A DNA stretch of 39,118 bases from Octopus sinensis (Eukaryota): the NCBI RefSeq assembly GCF_006345805.1, contig NW_021835783.1, positions 1 through 39,118 of the forward strand, read 5' to 3'. Position 1 is the first letter of the stretch. Each line of letters begins with the position of its first letter. The notes below the pieces were generated by a model. The model was not told the DNA's origin. It saw only the letters and a program-made list of their open reading frames with translations, and made no database searches. This document shows, one piece after another, positions 21,727 through 32,400 of the stretch. The translations under genes were made by a program, and so were the position numbers.

Positions 21727-22129
21727 CACTGGCGTAGCAAGGGGATGGCCCCCCCCCCCCCGAGCTGCACTTTTAAAGGGGCGGTACTTTAAGGCGGCGA
21801 GCTGGCAGAAACGTTAGCACGCCGGGCGAAATGCGTAGCCGTATTTCGTCTGTCGTTACGTTCTGAGTTCAAATTCCGCCAAGGACGACTTTGCCTTTCA
21901 TCCTTTCGGGGTCGATTAAATAAGTACCAGTTACACACTGGGGTCGATATGATCGACTTAATCCGTTTGTCTGTCCTTGTTTGTCCCCTCTGTGTTTAGC
22001 CCCTTGTGGGTAATAAAGAAATAGGTACTTTCGGGGTCTGTTGTAGGCAATATGTGGTTTTTCATGTGGGGTCTGGGGGCGGAAAACAGAAGGGCAGCCC
22101 CGAGCGGCACACATCTAGCTACGCTAGTG
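21727..22129. mobile_element. hAT-like MITE interrupted by SINE B
   Basis: Termini cactggcgtagc...gctacgctagtg; flanks tatggaca / catcgacg (5 of 8 match, possible decayed 8-bp TSD). Confidence 0.6.
21791..22023 (+). mobile_element. SINE family B, full-length monomer with 8-bp TSD ggtacttt
   Basis: ggtacttt at 21783-21790 and 22024-22031. Confidence 0.93.
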
Positions 22130-22412
22130 CATCGACGTGTTGCGATAATTTTAGCACATTTAGGGTTTCATATCCGATCTTAAAACTCCGCTTTGGAATC
22201 GTCAAAATTCGGATGAGAAACAAATATTCAATGGGCAAGATTTTAGTCCACTGTGCAGCACCTTCGGCAAGTGTCTTCTACTCCAAACGCCGGGCCGACC
22301 ATTGCCTTTGGAATTAATGAATTTGATAAACGGAAAAGAGTAAGAGCCAGTCGCCGTCATCATCGTGAATTCTCTCTCCCCCTCTCTCATACATATGCTT
22401 TTATTCTTTTAT

Positions 22413-22614
22413 TCTTCTACTTGTTTCAGTCATTTGACTGCGACCATTCTGGAGCACCGCCTTGGGTATTTTTAGTAGAACAAATCAGCACTTACTTTTT
22501 TAAGCCTAGTTCTTATTCTATCAGTCCTCTTTTGCCGAACTGCTAAGTTACGAGGACGTATACACCGGTTGACAAGCGGTTGGACGTGACAAACACATAC
22601 ACACATACATATGT

Positions 22615-22645
<31 letters not shown>

Positions 22646-22812
22646 CGAGGCTGATCAGGTTCTTGACTGAGGATAGAAAGCTTCGAATGACCCGTCCTTG
22701 CTTTTTGGTATCGTCAATCTGGATGTTTTGTTGTCCCTTTTTATATCACCTAGTTGTCTGGATGTTTTGCGTTCTTGTCCCATATATTATATATAATATT
22801 ATTATATATAAT

Positions 22813-22847
<35 letters not shown>

Positions 22848-23005
22848 CACACAAAGAGCTTCTTTCAGTTTCCGTCTATCAAAACTACTCACAAGGCTTT
22901 GGTCGGCCCGAGGCAATTGTAGAAGATACTTGCCCAAGGTGCAATGCACTGGGACTGAACCCGGAACCTTGTGGTTAGGAAGCAAGCTTCTTACCACACA
23001 GCCAC
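22413..23005 (-). mobile_element. SINE family A split by a ~150-bp unclassified insert (22643-22790) in its central TA tract
   Basis: 3' half at 22413-22620 and 5' half at 22850-23005, both minus strand and collinear. Confidence 0.8.
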
Positions 23006-23029
23006 GTGTGTCTAGGTGTGGTTGATAAC

Positions 23030-23200
23030 CGTTGTTGCTTTGTTTATGTTCGCGTAACTTAGCAGCTCAACAAAACACCCGATTGATTAAGACCATAATT
23101 AAGAACTAGGATCGATTTATTCGGCCGAAAGCACTTCAAGGTGGTGCCCCAGCATGACCGCAGTTTAAAGACAAACTCATGTTTAAAAGATGAAAGATGT
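23030..23200 (+). mobile_element. Old SINE A 3' half
   Basis: gttgataaccgttgttg...taacttagcag...gatcgatttattcggcc...ggtggtgccccagcatgaccgcagt. Confidence 0.65.
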
Positions 23201-23345
23201 AAATTTTGAATTATGTGGGGTCACGCCGTACGTCTTATGCGAGAAAGAATAGCCAGGAAGACAAATATTCATACATGATGTAAAAGCAACATACATGGAA
23301 TTATGTTATAGCAGGGCTTTTGCTAAGAAGCATTCTGGGAAAGAC

Positions 23346-23906
23346 TTCCGCCCGTCCCCCACACCCCATTTTCTCCCAAATTTGTTTATTGAAAATTTTT
23401 TTTTTCTTTGCCAAAAATCTCCGTTTTCGGATACGGAGGTTCCGGAAAATTGCCAAAAATCGGCATTGTGAAAATTTCCCCACTTCCCCCAACTTCTTCA
23501 ATTTTGAATTTTTTCCGCAACACTAACCCTGACCCTAAAATCCTAAACCCATAACCCTAAAACCGCAAGTACAGAAATGTTTTGAAATTTTTGTCCGAAT
23601 CCTGATGTCCGCATTTTTAGAAAAGAAAAAAATTCTTTAAAAAAAATTTTACAAAGATTTTGGGAAATTTATTTCAGAATCATAATCTCCGTATTTTTCC
23701 GCATATTCAGAGAAAAAAAAATTGTGAAAAAAGTTTAAAATGAAGGGAATGGGGGTGGGGGAGTGGTAATTTAGAAATGTCGAGTTTTGCCAATTTTTTT
23801 TTTGCAAATTCGTATTCCCCGTAGCCGAAAAGGGGGGGGGGGGGTTGTGTCGAAAAATAAAAAAAAGTTTTAAAAAAGGGTTGTTTTTTTGGGGTGACGG
23901 GCGGAA
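23346..23906. other. Unclassified homopolymer-rich segment with 11-bp inverted ends and telomere-like motifs
   Basis: ttccgcccgtc (23346-23356) and gacgggcggaa (23896-23906); ctaaccctgaccctaa at ~23523. Confidence 0.35.
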
Positions 23907-24435
23907 GAGTTGCTGCATTCTGTTTCTTGAACTGTGTTTCTCTTCAGGCAGTGTAGAAATACAAAAACTCTGCGACCAGCAATATTGAAGGGCTGAATAA
24001 AACATTAAACCACAAACAAAATGCCTTACAAGGAAAAATTAGTTCATAGGGCTCCATGGAAGGGGTTTACTCTGTAATGAGACGCCTACGTCCACCACAG
24101 AGAACCTCATAATCAATCTTAGATATACAACCGCACAAACATACATACAGATTCATACACGCAAACAAATATGCGTTCATACATGCAAACATATACATAC
24201 ATATATACTCACACACACAAACACATACATAAATACACACACACACATACATAAATACACACACACACATACATAAATACACACACACACACATAAATAC
24301 ACACACAAACACACATGTATGCATGTATATATACATGTAGATGTAGGTACGTACATATATGTATGTATATATGCATATATTTTATTTATTAATTTGTTAT
24401 ATATATAATATATAATATATATATATATATATATA

Positions 24436-24586
24436 TACCGGAGTAAACACATAAATGTGAAACAAGGTGGAAAAAAGAGTACTCAAATACCAGAGGTAGA
24501 GTAATATGCTTTTGCTAGCAAAAACTGTCCGACGAACGGGAACGTGGAACAGGTTTTGTTGAATGTTCTGCTGCTTTTAAATAAAG
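24436..24586. mobile_element. Family I PLE-like unit, collapsed version with partial HHR
   Basis: Shares aatgtgaaacaaggtggaaaaaagagtactcaaatacca and ggttttgttgaat..ctgctgct..aaataaag with 29800-30014; ctgt-CCGACGA-acgggaacgt-g at 24525, stem III deleted. Confidence 0.75.
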
Positions 24587-25043
24587 TATATATATATATA
24601 CATACAGACATACATACACAAGTACATACAGAGACATATATACACATACATATATACACATACAAACACATGAACACACACACAAACTACACTCACACGT
24701 ATACATATATTTATACATACATACACAAACACAAACCGTACGTAAGTATTTTATCTGTGACAATATAAATATATGAAGTGTTTGTATATATTATTTTCAT
24801 TATTGCTGATATATAATTACACGCAGCGTGCATAAAGCAGTATATATATACATACACACACACAACCACGTGTGTGCATACATAGTTTATATATTCTCGT
24901 GCCTTTGTGTATATATTACCTGCGGCAAAGCCGTGGAGTCTTTGTTTACTAATATTTGGAGCTGTTTGGCTTATATATCATATAAATGTTATATATATTA
25001 TAGTGTCTATCGACACACAGACATTAATAAACGAATGTTTATA

Positions 25044-25430
25044 GGCGCAGGAGTGGCTGTGTGGTAAGTAGCTTGCTTACCAACCACATGGTTCCGGGTT
25101 CAGTCCCACTGCGTGGCATCTTGGGCAAGTGTCTTCTGCTATAGCCCCGGGCCGACCAATGCCTTGTGAGTGGATTTGGTAGACGGAAACTGAAAGAAGC
25201 CTGTCGTATATATATGTATATATACATATGTGTGTGTGTATGTGTTTGTGTGTCTGTGTTTGTCACCCTAGCATTGCTTGACAACCGATGCTGGTGTGTT
25301 TAAGTCCCCGTCACTTAGCGGTTCGGCAAAAAGAGACCGATAGAATAAGTACTGGGCTTACAGAGAATAAGTCCCGGGGTCGATTTGCTCGACTAAAGGC
25401 GGTGCTCCAGCATGGCCGCAGTCAAACAAG
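25044..25430 (+). mobile_element. SINE family A, full length
   Basis: Complete head, central tract and tail to gcatggccgcagtcaaac. Confidence 0.93.
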
Positions 25431-25452
25431 TGTTACACCAAAATATACTTAT

Positions 25453-25838
25453 ATACTCTTTTACTTGTTTCAGTCACTTGACTGCGGCCATGCTGGAGCA
25501 CCGCCTTTAGTCGAGCAAATCGTCCCCAGGACTTAATCTTTGTCAGCCTAGTACTTATTCTATCGGTCTCTTTGGCCGAACCGCTAAGTTACGGGGACGT
25601 AAACACACCAGCATCGGTTGTCAAGCGATGTTGGAGGGACAAGGACAGACACACAAACACAGACACACACATATATATATATATATATATAGACATATAT
25701 ACGACGGGTTTCTTTCGGTTTCCGTCTACCAAATCCACTCACAAGGCTTTGATCGGACCAAGGTGCCACGCAGTGGGGCTGAACCTGGATTCATGTGGTT
25801 GGTAAGCAAGCTACTTACCACATAGCCACTCCAGCGCT
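25453..25838 (-). mobile_element. SINE family A, near full length
   Basis: Reverse complement copy starting ~20 bp after the plus copy; small deletion in the 5' half. Confidence 0.93.
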
Positions 25839-25937
25839 TGTCAATACATAGTTTCAACCTCTACAAAACAATGATAATAATAATAAAATAATAATAATAA
25901 TAATGGCGATCTAATAATAATAATAATAATAATAATT

Positions 25938-26128
25938 TTGGCACAAGGCTAGCAAGATCGGGGAGGGGATAAGTGATTTACATCGGCCCTAATATTCAAC
26001 TGGTACTTATTTTATCGGCACCAGTAGGACGAAAGGTAAAGTCGTCCTCGGCGGGATTCGAACAGCGTAAAGACAGACGAAATGCCGCTATGCTAACGCT
26101 TCTGCCAATATATATGCATACCTACACA
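25938..26128 (-). mobile_element. Old B-related SINE (B')
   Basis: ttggcacaaggctagcaag...aactggtacttattttatcg...gtcgtcctcggcgggattcgaac...gacagacgaaatgccgc...ctaacgcttctgccaa. Confidence 0.7.
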
Positions 26129-26481
26129 AGAACTCCTTCCCGAATCAACTTTGTTTCCTCCTAACTTTCAGAAAAATTACGTGTGTATGTGTGTAAGCAG
26201 AGAGTGAAAGGGGAGGGGGATTTATTATTGTTATTGTTGAACCGTCAGGGCGTTCTCAACGTGACAATCCCATCGATCACCCAACTCCCTTCTTTGTTTT
26301 ACACCATTTTTTTTTCTCCAACGAAAGTGTCCTTCCTTGTTTTTGACGTCTGAACTACACTGTAAACTGATTCCAACACGATTAGCTGTAGTTTCTAGCA
26401 TACCCAAGCGCAAAGACATAAAAAGGTGTGCTTCTCGTTGGCGCATATGAACACGGGATTTTCTAAGTCGTGTCGTTCATA

Positions 26482-26520
<39 letters not shown>

Positions 26521-26598
26521 CATATATATATACATATATATATATATATTTATTTATATATGAATGTATGTATAGAGCCAAACTGTTAGAGGACTCAC

Positions 26599-26652
26599 CT
26601 TGCCAGGTAAATTCATGGTAAAACAATTCTCCCAGTTGGCTGTGGTGTAATC
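26599..26652 (-). other. Candidate 54-nt exon (DYTTANWENCFTMNLPGK or GLHHSQLGELFYHEFTWQ)
   Basis: Perfect donor AAG|GTGAGT; acceptor ggctag|G preceded by a pyrimidine-rich stretch; unique sequence; no recognised homology. Confidence 0.35.
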
Positions 26653-26829
26653 CTAGCCAACAATTCCAGCAGTAAGCAGTAGAGAAATGGCGAGAAATAG
26701 CTTCATAAAAACTTTACACTTTCTCTCTTTCTCGCTCATACGAGAGATATGATAAAATGGCGGCGACGGTGGAAGTTTTTTTTTTGCATATCGTAGTGGC
26801 GGTGGGAGTAGTGGGGATGAAGGGTATTG

Positions 26830-27730
26830 TATGTAAGTCGTGGTGAAAGTGGTGGTGGTGGAGATCGAGGTATTGTAAGCCGTCGTGGTGGTGGTGGCGG
26901 TAGAGAAGGGGAGAGATTGCAAGTCGTGGTGGTGGTGGTGATGGTTGTAGAGAAAGAGAGAGAGAGATTGTAAGTCGTGGTGGTGGTGGTGGTGGTGGTT
27001 AGAGAAGGAGAGGTATTGTAAGTCCAGGTGGTGGTGGTGAGGGTGGCAGTAGAGAAAGAGAGAGATTGTAAGTCGTGGTGGTGGTGGCGGTAGAGAAGGA
27101 GAGGTATTGTAAGTCGTGGTGGCGGTGGTGGTGGCAGTAGAGAAAGAGAGAGAGAGAGATTGTAAGTCGTGGTGGTGGTGGTGGTGGCGGTAGAGAAAGA
27201 GAGAGAGATTGTAAGTCGTGGTGGTGGTGGTGGTGGTGACAGTAGAGAAGGAGAGATATTGTAAGTCGTGGTGGTGGTGGTGGTGGCAGTAGAGAAGGAG
27301 AGAGATTGCGAGTCGAGGTGGTGGTGGTGGTGGTGGCAGTAGAGAAAGAGAGAGAGAGATTGTAAGTCGTCGTGGTGGTAGTGGTGGCGGTAGAGAAGGA
27401 GAGAGATTGCAAGTCGTGGTGGTGATGGTGGTGGTGGCGGTAGAGAAAGAGAGGTATTGTAAGTCCTGGTGGTGGTGGTGGTGGTGGTGGCGGTAGAGAA
27501 GAAGAGAGATTGTACGTCGTGGTGGTGGTGGTGGTAGTGGTGGCACTAGAGAAGAAGAGGTATTGTAAGTGGTGGTGGTGGTGGTGGTGGCGGTAGAGAA
27601 AGAGAGAGATTGTAAGTCGTGGTGGTGGTGGCGGTAGAGAAGGAGAGGTATTGTAAGTCGTGGTGGTGGTGGTGGTGGCAGTAGCGAAAGAGAGAGAGAG
27701 ATTGTAAGTCGTGGTGGTGGTGGTGGTGAC
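26830..27730. repeat. Minisatellite, ~19 units of ~45-55 bp, each containing variable (GGT)n and (GA)n
   Basis: Recurrent anchors attgtaagtcgt and ggc(a/g)gtagagaa. Confidence 0.95.
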
Positions 27731-28230
27731 GATGGAGGGGGTTTTATGTCATGGTGATGAAAGTGGGGGGAGATGATCGTATTGTATTATAACTCCATGG
27801 TGGTGGTGGGAGATAGCGGTATTGTAAGTCGTGGTGGAGACGGCGACGGTGGAGGAGTTGTATGTGGTCGTGGTGACAGTAGAGGTGGTCACAGGTTAGT
27901 TAAGCAAGTGGCGGTCGTCGTGGTGACAATGGTGGTGACGGCGGCGGCAGATGCCTTGGGAGTAGTGTCGGAGGTGGTGGTGGTGGTGGTGGTGGTGATA
28001 GTATAATTAGACGTGAGGGTGGTACAGGCTGAAGGCCGGGAGGAGGAGGAGGAGGAGGTTGTTGTTAATGATAGTCGGAATAAGAGTAATTTTTTTTTAT
28101 TGGTGCTGAAGGGGAGGAGAAATATTTATTGTGTTGTTGGCGGTGGCGCAGGAGGAGGTGGTGGTGGGAGCGGGAGTGAGAAGATAATAATGGGAAAGGT
28201 AGATAGAGACAGACAGATAGACAGACAGAC

Positions 28231-28269
<39 letters not shown>

Positions 28270-28436
28270 GACAGATAGATAGAGAGATAGACAGACAGAG
28301 ACTGGTAGATAGATAGATAGATATAGAAATAGACAAACAGATAGATAGAGAGATGATAGATAGACAAATAGATAGATAGAGTGATTAATAGATACATAGG
28401 TAGACATAGATAGATAGATAGATAGATAGGTAGATG

Positions 28437-28486
<50 letters not shown>

Positions 28487-28747
28487 CACACACACATACA
28501 TACATACATACATACATGAGTAGATACAAACAGACAGACAGATAGATAGATAGATAGATTGACAGAGAGAGAGAGAAAATGATTGCGATTGTGGGGAAGT
28601 GGTGATGGGTGTGATGATGAAAGGTAGCGGGCAGAGGAGAAATTTATTAATGGTGGCTTTGGTGTTAGTTGTTATTATTGTTGTTGGGGGTGGTCGTGGT
28701 GAGAGTGGTTGTAGGAACATGCCAGAACGAAGTGGTGACGTTGACGA

Positions 28748-28800
<53 letters not shown>

Positions 28801-29203
28801 GCGGTAGCAGTAGTGTTGTTGTTGTTGTTGCTGGTGGTGGTGGTGGTGAAGTTGATAATAGTGGTGGTAGTGATAATGGTGATGGTGGTGGTGGTGGTGG
28901 CGGTATAGTGGTGGGGGTGGTGGTGGTGATGAAAGCTGTGACATTGGTGATAGTTTTAATTGTAACACGAGTTATTTTTGTTGTAATGGCGAAAGGTGGA
29001 CAGAGAGAGAGAGAGAGAGGTAGCTTTTTATTTTTTTCATACTTTACTAGCGACGATGATAATGGTTGTTTGTATAGCAATGGTGACGGCGGTGATGGCG
29101 GTGGTGTTGGCGGAGGATGGTGGTGGTGGCGGTGGTGGCGGTGAGCCGTTGCAACAGTAGTTTTACCTGTTGTGGCTGTAGTGACTCTGATACAGAGCAA
29201 ACT

Positions 29204-29244
<41 letters not shown>

Positions 29245-29260
29245 GCTGGTGGTGGTGGTT
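27730..29260. repeat. Low-complexity block: (GGT)n, (GATA)n, (AAT)n, (GTT)n, (AGT)n
   Basis: Direct reading. Confidence 0.9.
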
Positions 29261-29519
29261 GCTGAAATAAGAGCGATCCGGCCAGAAATACCTGCCAAGG
29301 CAAGAAGAGTTAGAAAAGAAATTGTCTCCGAGACGAGACTTGAAAAAAATTGATTTAAAGGAGAACGAGGAAGGAAGATGACCCAAGGTAAGAATGGGAG
29401 GGAGAAAGAAGGTAGATAGGTAGATAGATAGATAGAGAGAGAGAGAGCGAGAGAGATAGAGAGAGAGAAATAGACATACAAACAGACAGGTATATAAATA
29501 ATATGAATAATATATGGAT

Positions 29520-29731
29520 ATATACATACATAGATGTACATGTATTTATACATGCAATTATGGGTACAGGACATCAAAAAAGAAAAAACGTTGAGCACAA
29601 TGAGAAAGGTAAACATGTAAACAAAAACATGGAAACGAACTTTTTTTCAAGCAACGAAAAAACAGAGTACAAGATATATAACACAAGGAATATTCCCCTT
29701 CATCAGTTGTCCCTGTTTCGTCTACTCCGCG

Positions 29732-29733
<2 letters not shown>
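29520..29733 (-). mobile_element. Family J copy
   Basis: Inverted match to 18760-18940. Confidence 0.75.
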
Positions 29734-29784
<51 letters not shown>

Positions 29785-29799
29785 ATATATATATAATAT

Positions 29800-30014
29800 A
29801 CCGAGTAGTAAAAAATAAATGAATGTGAAACAAGGTGGAAAAAAGAGTACTCAAATACCAGTGGTAGAGTAATATGCTTTATTTAAGCAGCAGAAAATTC
29901 AACAAAACCTGTTACTCTGAGTTTCCCGTTCCTTTCATCGGAACTGTCCGATGAACGGCAACGGGAAACTCAGAGTAACAGGTTTTGTTGAATTTCCTGC
30001 TGCTTTAAATAAAG
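29800..30014. mobile_element. Family I PLE-like unit ending in a 138-bp palindrome with an HHR motif
   Basis: Arms 29877-29942 and 29947-30014; plus-strand HHR CTGT-CCGATGA-acggcaacgg-GAA-ACT-cag-AGT-A-ACAG at 29944-29981. Confidence 0.8.
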
Positions 30015-30074
30015 TATATATATATATATATGTACCTATATATATATATATATGGTGTATATATATATATATAT

Positions 30075-30155
<81 letters not shown>

Positions 30156-30201
30156 GAGTAAAAGAGAGAGAGACAAGGAAAGAGAAAGAAAATTAGAAGG
30201 G

Positions 30202-31002
30202 GGATCTTTTCCTTTTGAACGGCAGTTTTCAACACAATTTCTAGTTAACTAAACACTTTTAAACTTCGTATACTGGTAGAATGTGTTTATAAAACATCAT
30301 TTTTTCTTGGCTTTATTGAGAAAATTCTATAGTTTGTAAGATATTTCGACTTTAATTTCAAGCATTTCGGCAATTTTAACCAATCACTGGAGTCCATTTG
30401 GGATGAAAACATTTCGTGCTGTATGAAGATGTCCCTCGTTTAAGAAACAGATTTGTTTATTTACATTTGCGAAGAAAAAAGATACTCTTCCCTCACCCCT
30501 AACCCTCACCCTAACCCTAACACTAAAACAGATTGAAATGCAATAGATCGATACTAGGGTTATAATTATGGATGACAATTTCATACGACACCGCTACGGA
30601 AAAATGGGATTTTTTTCCAGCGGTGTCAAATGAAAATGTCACCCATAATTATAACCCTAGTATTGATCTATTGTATTTCAATCTGTTTTAGGGATAGGGT
30701 TAGTTAGAGTTAGGGATTGGGGAAGGGTATCTTTTTTTCTTCGCAAATGTAAATAAACCCAATCTGTTTCTTAAACGAGGGACATATTCATACACCACAG
30801 AATGTTGTTTACATAAATGGACGTATTTGATTGGTTAAAATTGCTGAAATGCTCGAAATTAAAGTCGAAATATGTTACAACATATAGAAGTTTCTCAATA
30901 AAGCGAAGAAAAAATGATGTTTTATAAACATATTCTACCGGTATACGAAGTTTAGTTAACTAGAAATTGTGTTGAAAACTGCCGTTCAAAAGGAAAAGAT
31001 CC
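30202..31002. mobile_element. Foldback family D, complete ~800-bp quasi-palindrome
   Basis: ggatcttttcc...ggaaaagatcc; arms alignable up to a ~5-nt loop at 30605-30609; flanks ttagaaggg / ttagagga (imperfect TSD). Confidence 0.92.
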
Positions 31003-31074
31003 TTAGAGGATCACGTACAGAGGCATAATATATTGATAGGTATATAAATGCTTTTTCACCCATGGTGAACATGT

Positions 31075-31630
31075 GGTACAAAACCGACAAATATCAAGGT
31101 GTGATGTTTGTATAGGCTATGGCCCTTGGGGAAGTAGCCCGTAGATTTAGGAAAGCTGTGAAGGAGACCAAACTCAACATTATGATAGTTGAAAAGCCAG
31201 GAACCTCCATCAGATCACAACTATGTAGGACGTACCCCTTTAAGAATACTATATGCACCAATGATAACTGCATGGTATGTAGGATTACCACAGTCATTAA
31301 CTGTAGAAATGTAGTTCTACAGTATAAGGTGCATAGAAGGTGCTTGTAAAGACAAGAACATGACATACATAGGAGAGACATCTAGGAGCATTGCGGAAAG
31401 ACTAAATGTATATTTGAGACAATATGACGACAAAAAAAAACAGTCCTCCATACTCTACTAACATGCCAAGGACCAACATAGAGGCAACCTGGGTCAACAT
31501 GACATCCGTATTTTATACAAACACCCAAAGGACCCAACTCTCAGACAAGTACAGGAGTACGTCCTCATAAATGAAATATCGCCAATACTAAATAGGAAAT
31601 ACACCTAGTAGTTAACCAAACCCATGCCAT
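31075..31630 (+). mobile_element. Penelope-like element fragment: Cys-rich linker + GIY-YIG endonuclease, decayed
   Basis: WYKTDKYQGVMFV*...VEKPGTSIRSQLCRTYPF..C....C..C.....NCRNVV, frameshift, then YIGETSRSIAERL...H...H...IL.KHPKDPTLRQVQE..I....PILNRK*; YIGET is the GIY-YIG second motif of PLEs. Confidence 0.88.
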
Positions 31631-31633
31631 AGT

Positions 31634-31659
<26 letters not shown>

Positions 31660-31665
<6 letters not shown>

Positions 31666-32117
31666 ATCCAAACAAAAAAGTACAAAAAAACACAACAACG
31701 CGAGGACGTGGAACAAAAATATAGTATTATTGGACGTTCAGGAAAGAAGGAAAGAAGGGGGGTTTAACGTTTCGAGCGGAGCTCTTCGTCGGAAACATAG
31801 GAAAAGGAACAGATCCAGAGAAAAGAAGATAGAGGGGAAAAAAATCGCCAACGGTACACACGCGGTCACATTATATATATATATATATATATAATATATA
31901 TATATATATATAGTTAATCCAAACAAAAAAGTACAAAAAACACAACAACGCGAGGACGTGGAACAAAAATATAGTATTATTGGACGTCAGGAAAGAAGGA
32001 AAGAAGGGGGGTTTAACGTTTCGAGCGGAGCTCTTCGTCGGAAACATAGGAAAAGGAAAGATCCAGAGAAAAGAAGATAGAGGGGAAAAAAATCGCCAAC
32101 GGTACACACGCGGTCAC

Positions 32118-32160
<43 letters not shown>

Positions 32161-32359
32161 GTTAATCCAAACAAAAAAGTACAAAAAACACAACAACGCG
32201 AGGACGTGGAACAAAAATATGTATTTGGACGTTCAGGAAAGAAGAAGAAGGGGGGTTTAACGTTTCGAGCGGAGCCTCTCGTCGGAAACATAGAAAAGGA
32301 AAGATCCAGAGAAAAGAAGATAGAGGGGAAAAAAACGCCAACGGTACACACGCGGTCAC

Positions 32360-32362
<3 letters not shown>
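31660..32362 (-). mobile_element. Three head-to-tail family G units (~250-bp period), each with an HHR motif, separated by (TA)n
   Basis: Units 31660-31872, 31911-32120, 32159-32362; HHR motifs 31762-31796, 32011-32045, 32255-32289 (third has a disrupted stem II). Confidence 0.88.

Positions 32363-32399
<37 letters not shown>

Positions 32400-32400
<1 letters not shown>

Noticed and set aside
22670-22705. ctgagga...ttcgaa hammerhead-like motif
   Set aside because: No stem II, III or I pairing and no GAAA-N..UH arrangement.
24920-24961. Extra minus-strand exon (LQILVNKDSTALPQ; donor cag|gtaata)
   Set aside because: Acceptor lacks a polypyrimidine tract.
26653-29616. Long Pro/His/Thr/Val-rich ORFs (up to 380 aa)
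   Set aside because: Products of (GGT)n, (GATA)n and (AAT)n repeats and the minisatellite.
30490-30725. Interstitial telomere or chromosome-fusion site
   Set aside because: Only a few imperfect hexamers, located symmetrically inside a dispersed transposon.
31607-31620. tagttaaccaaac after the PLE stop resembles the G-unit end tagttaatccaaac
   Set aside because: A short AT-rich match that cannot be distinguished from chance without more copies.
31660-32362. CRISPR-like array
   Set aside because: Units are ~210 bp and the spacers are (TA)n rather than unique sequence; eukaryotic context with no cas genes.
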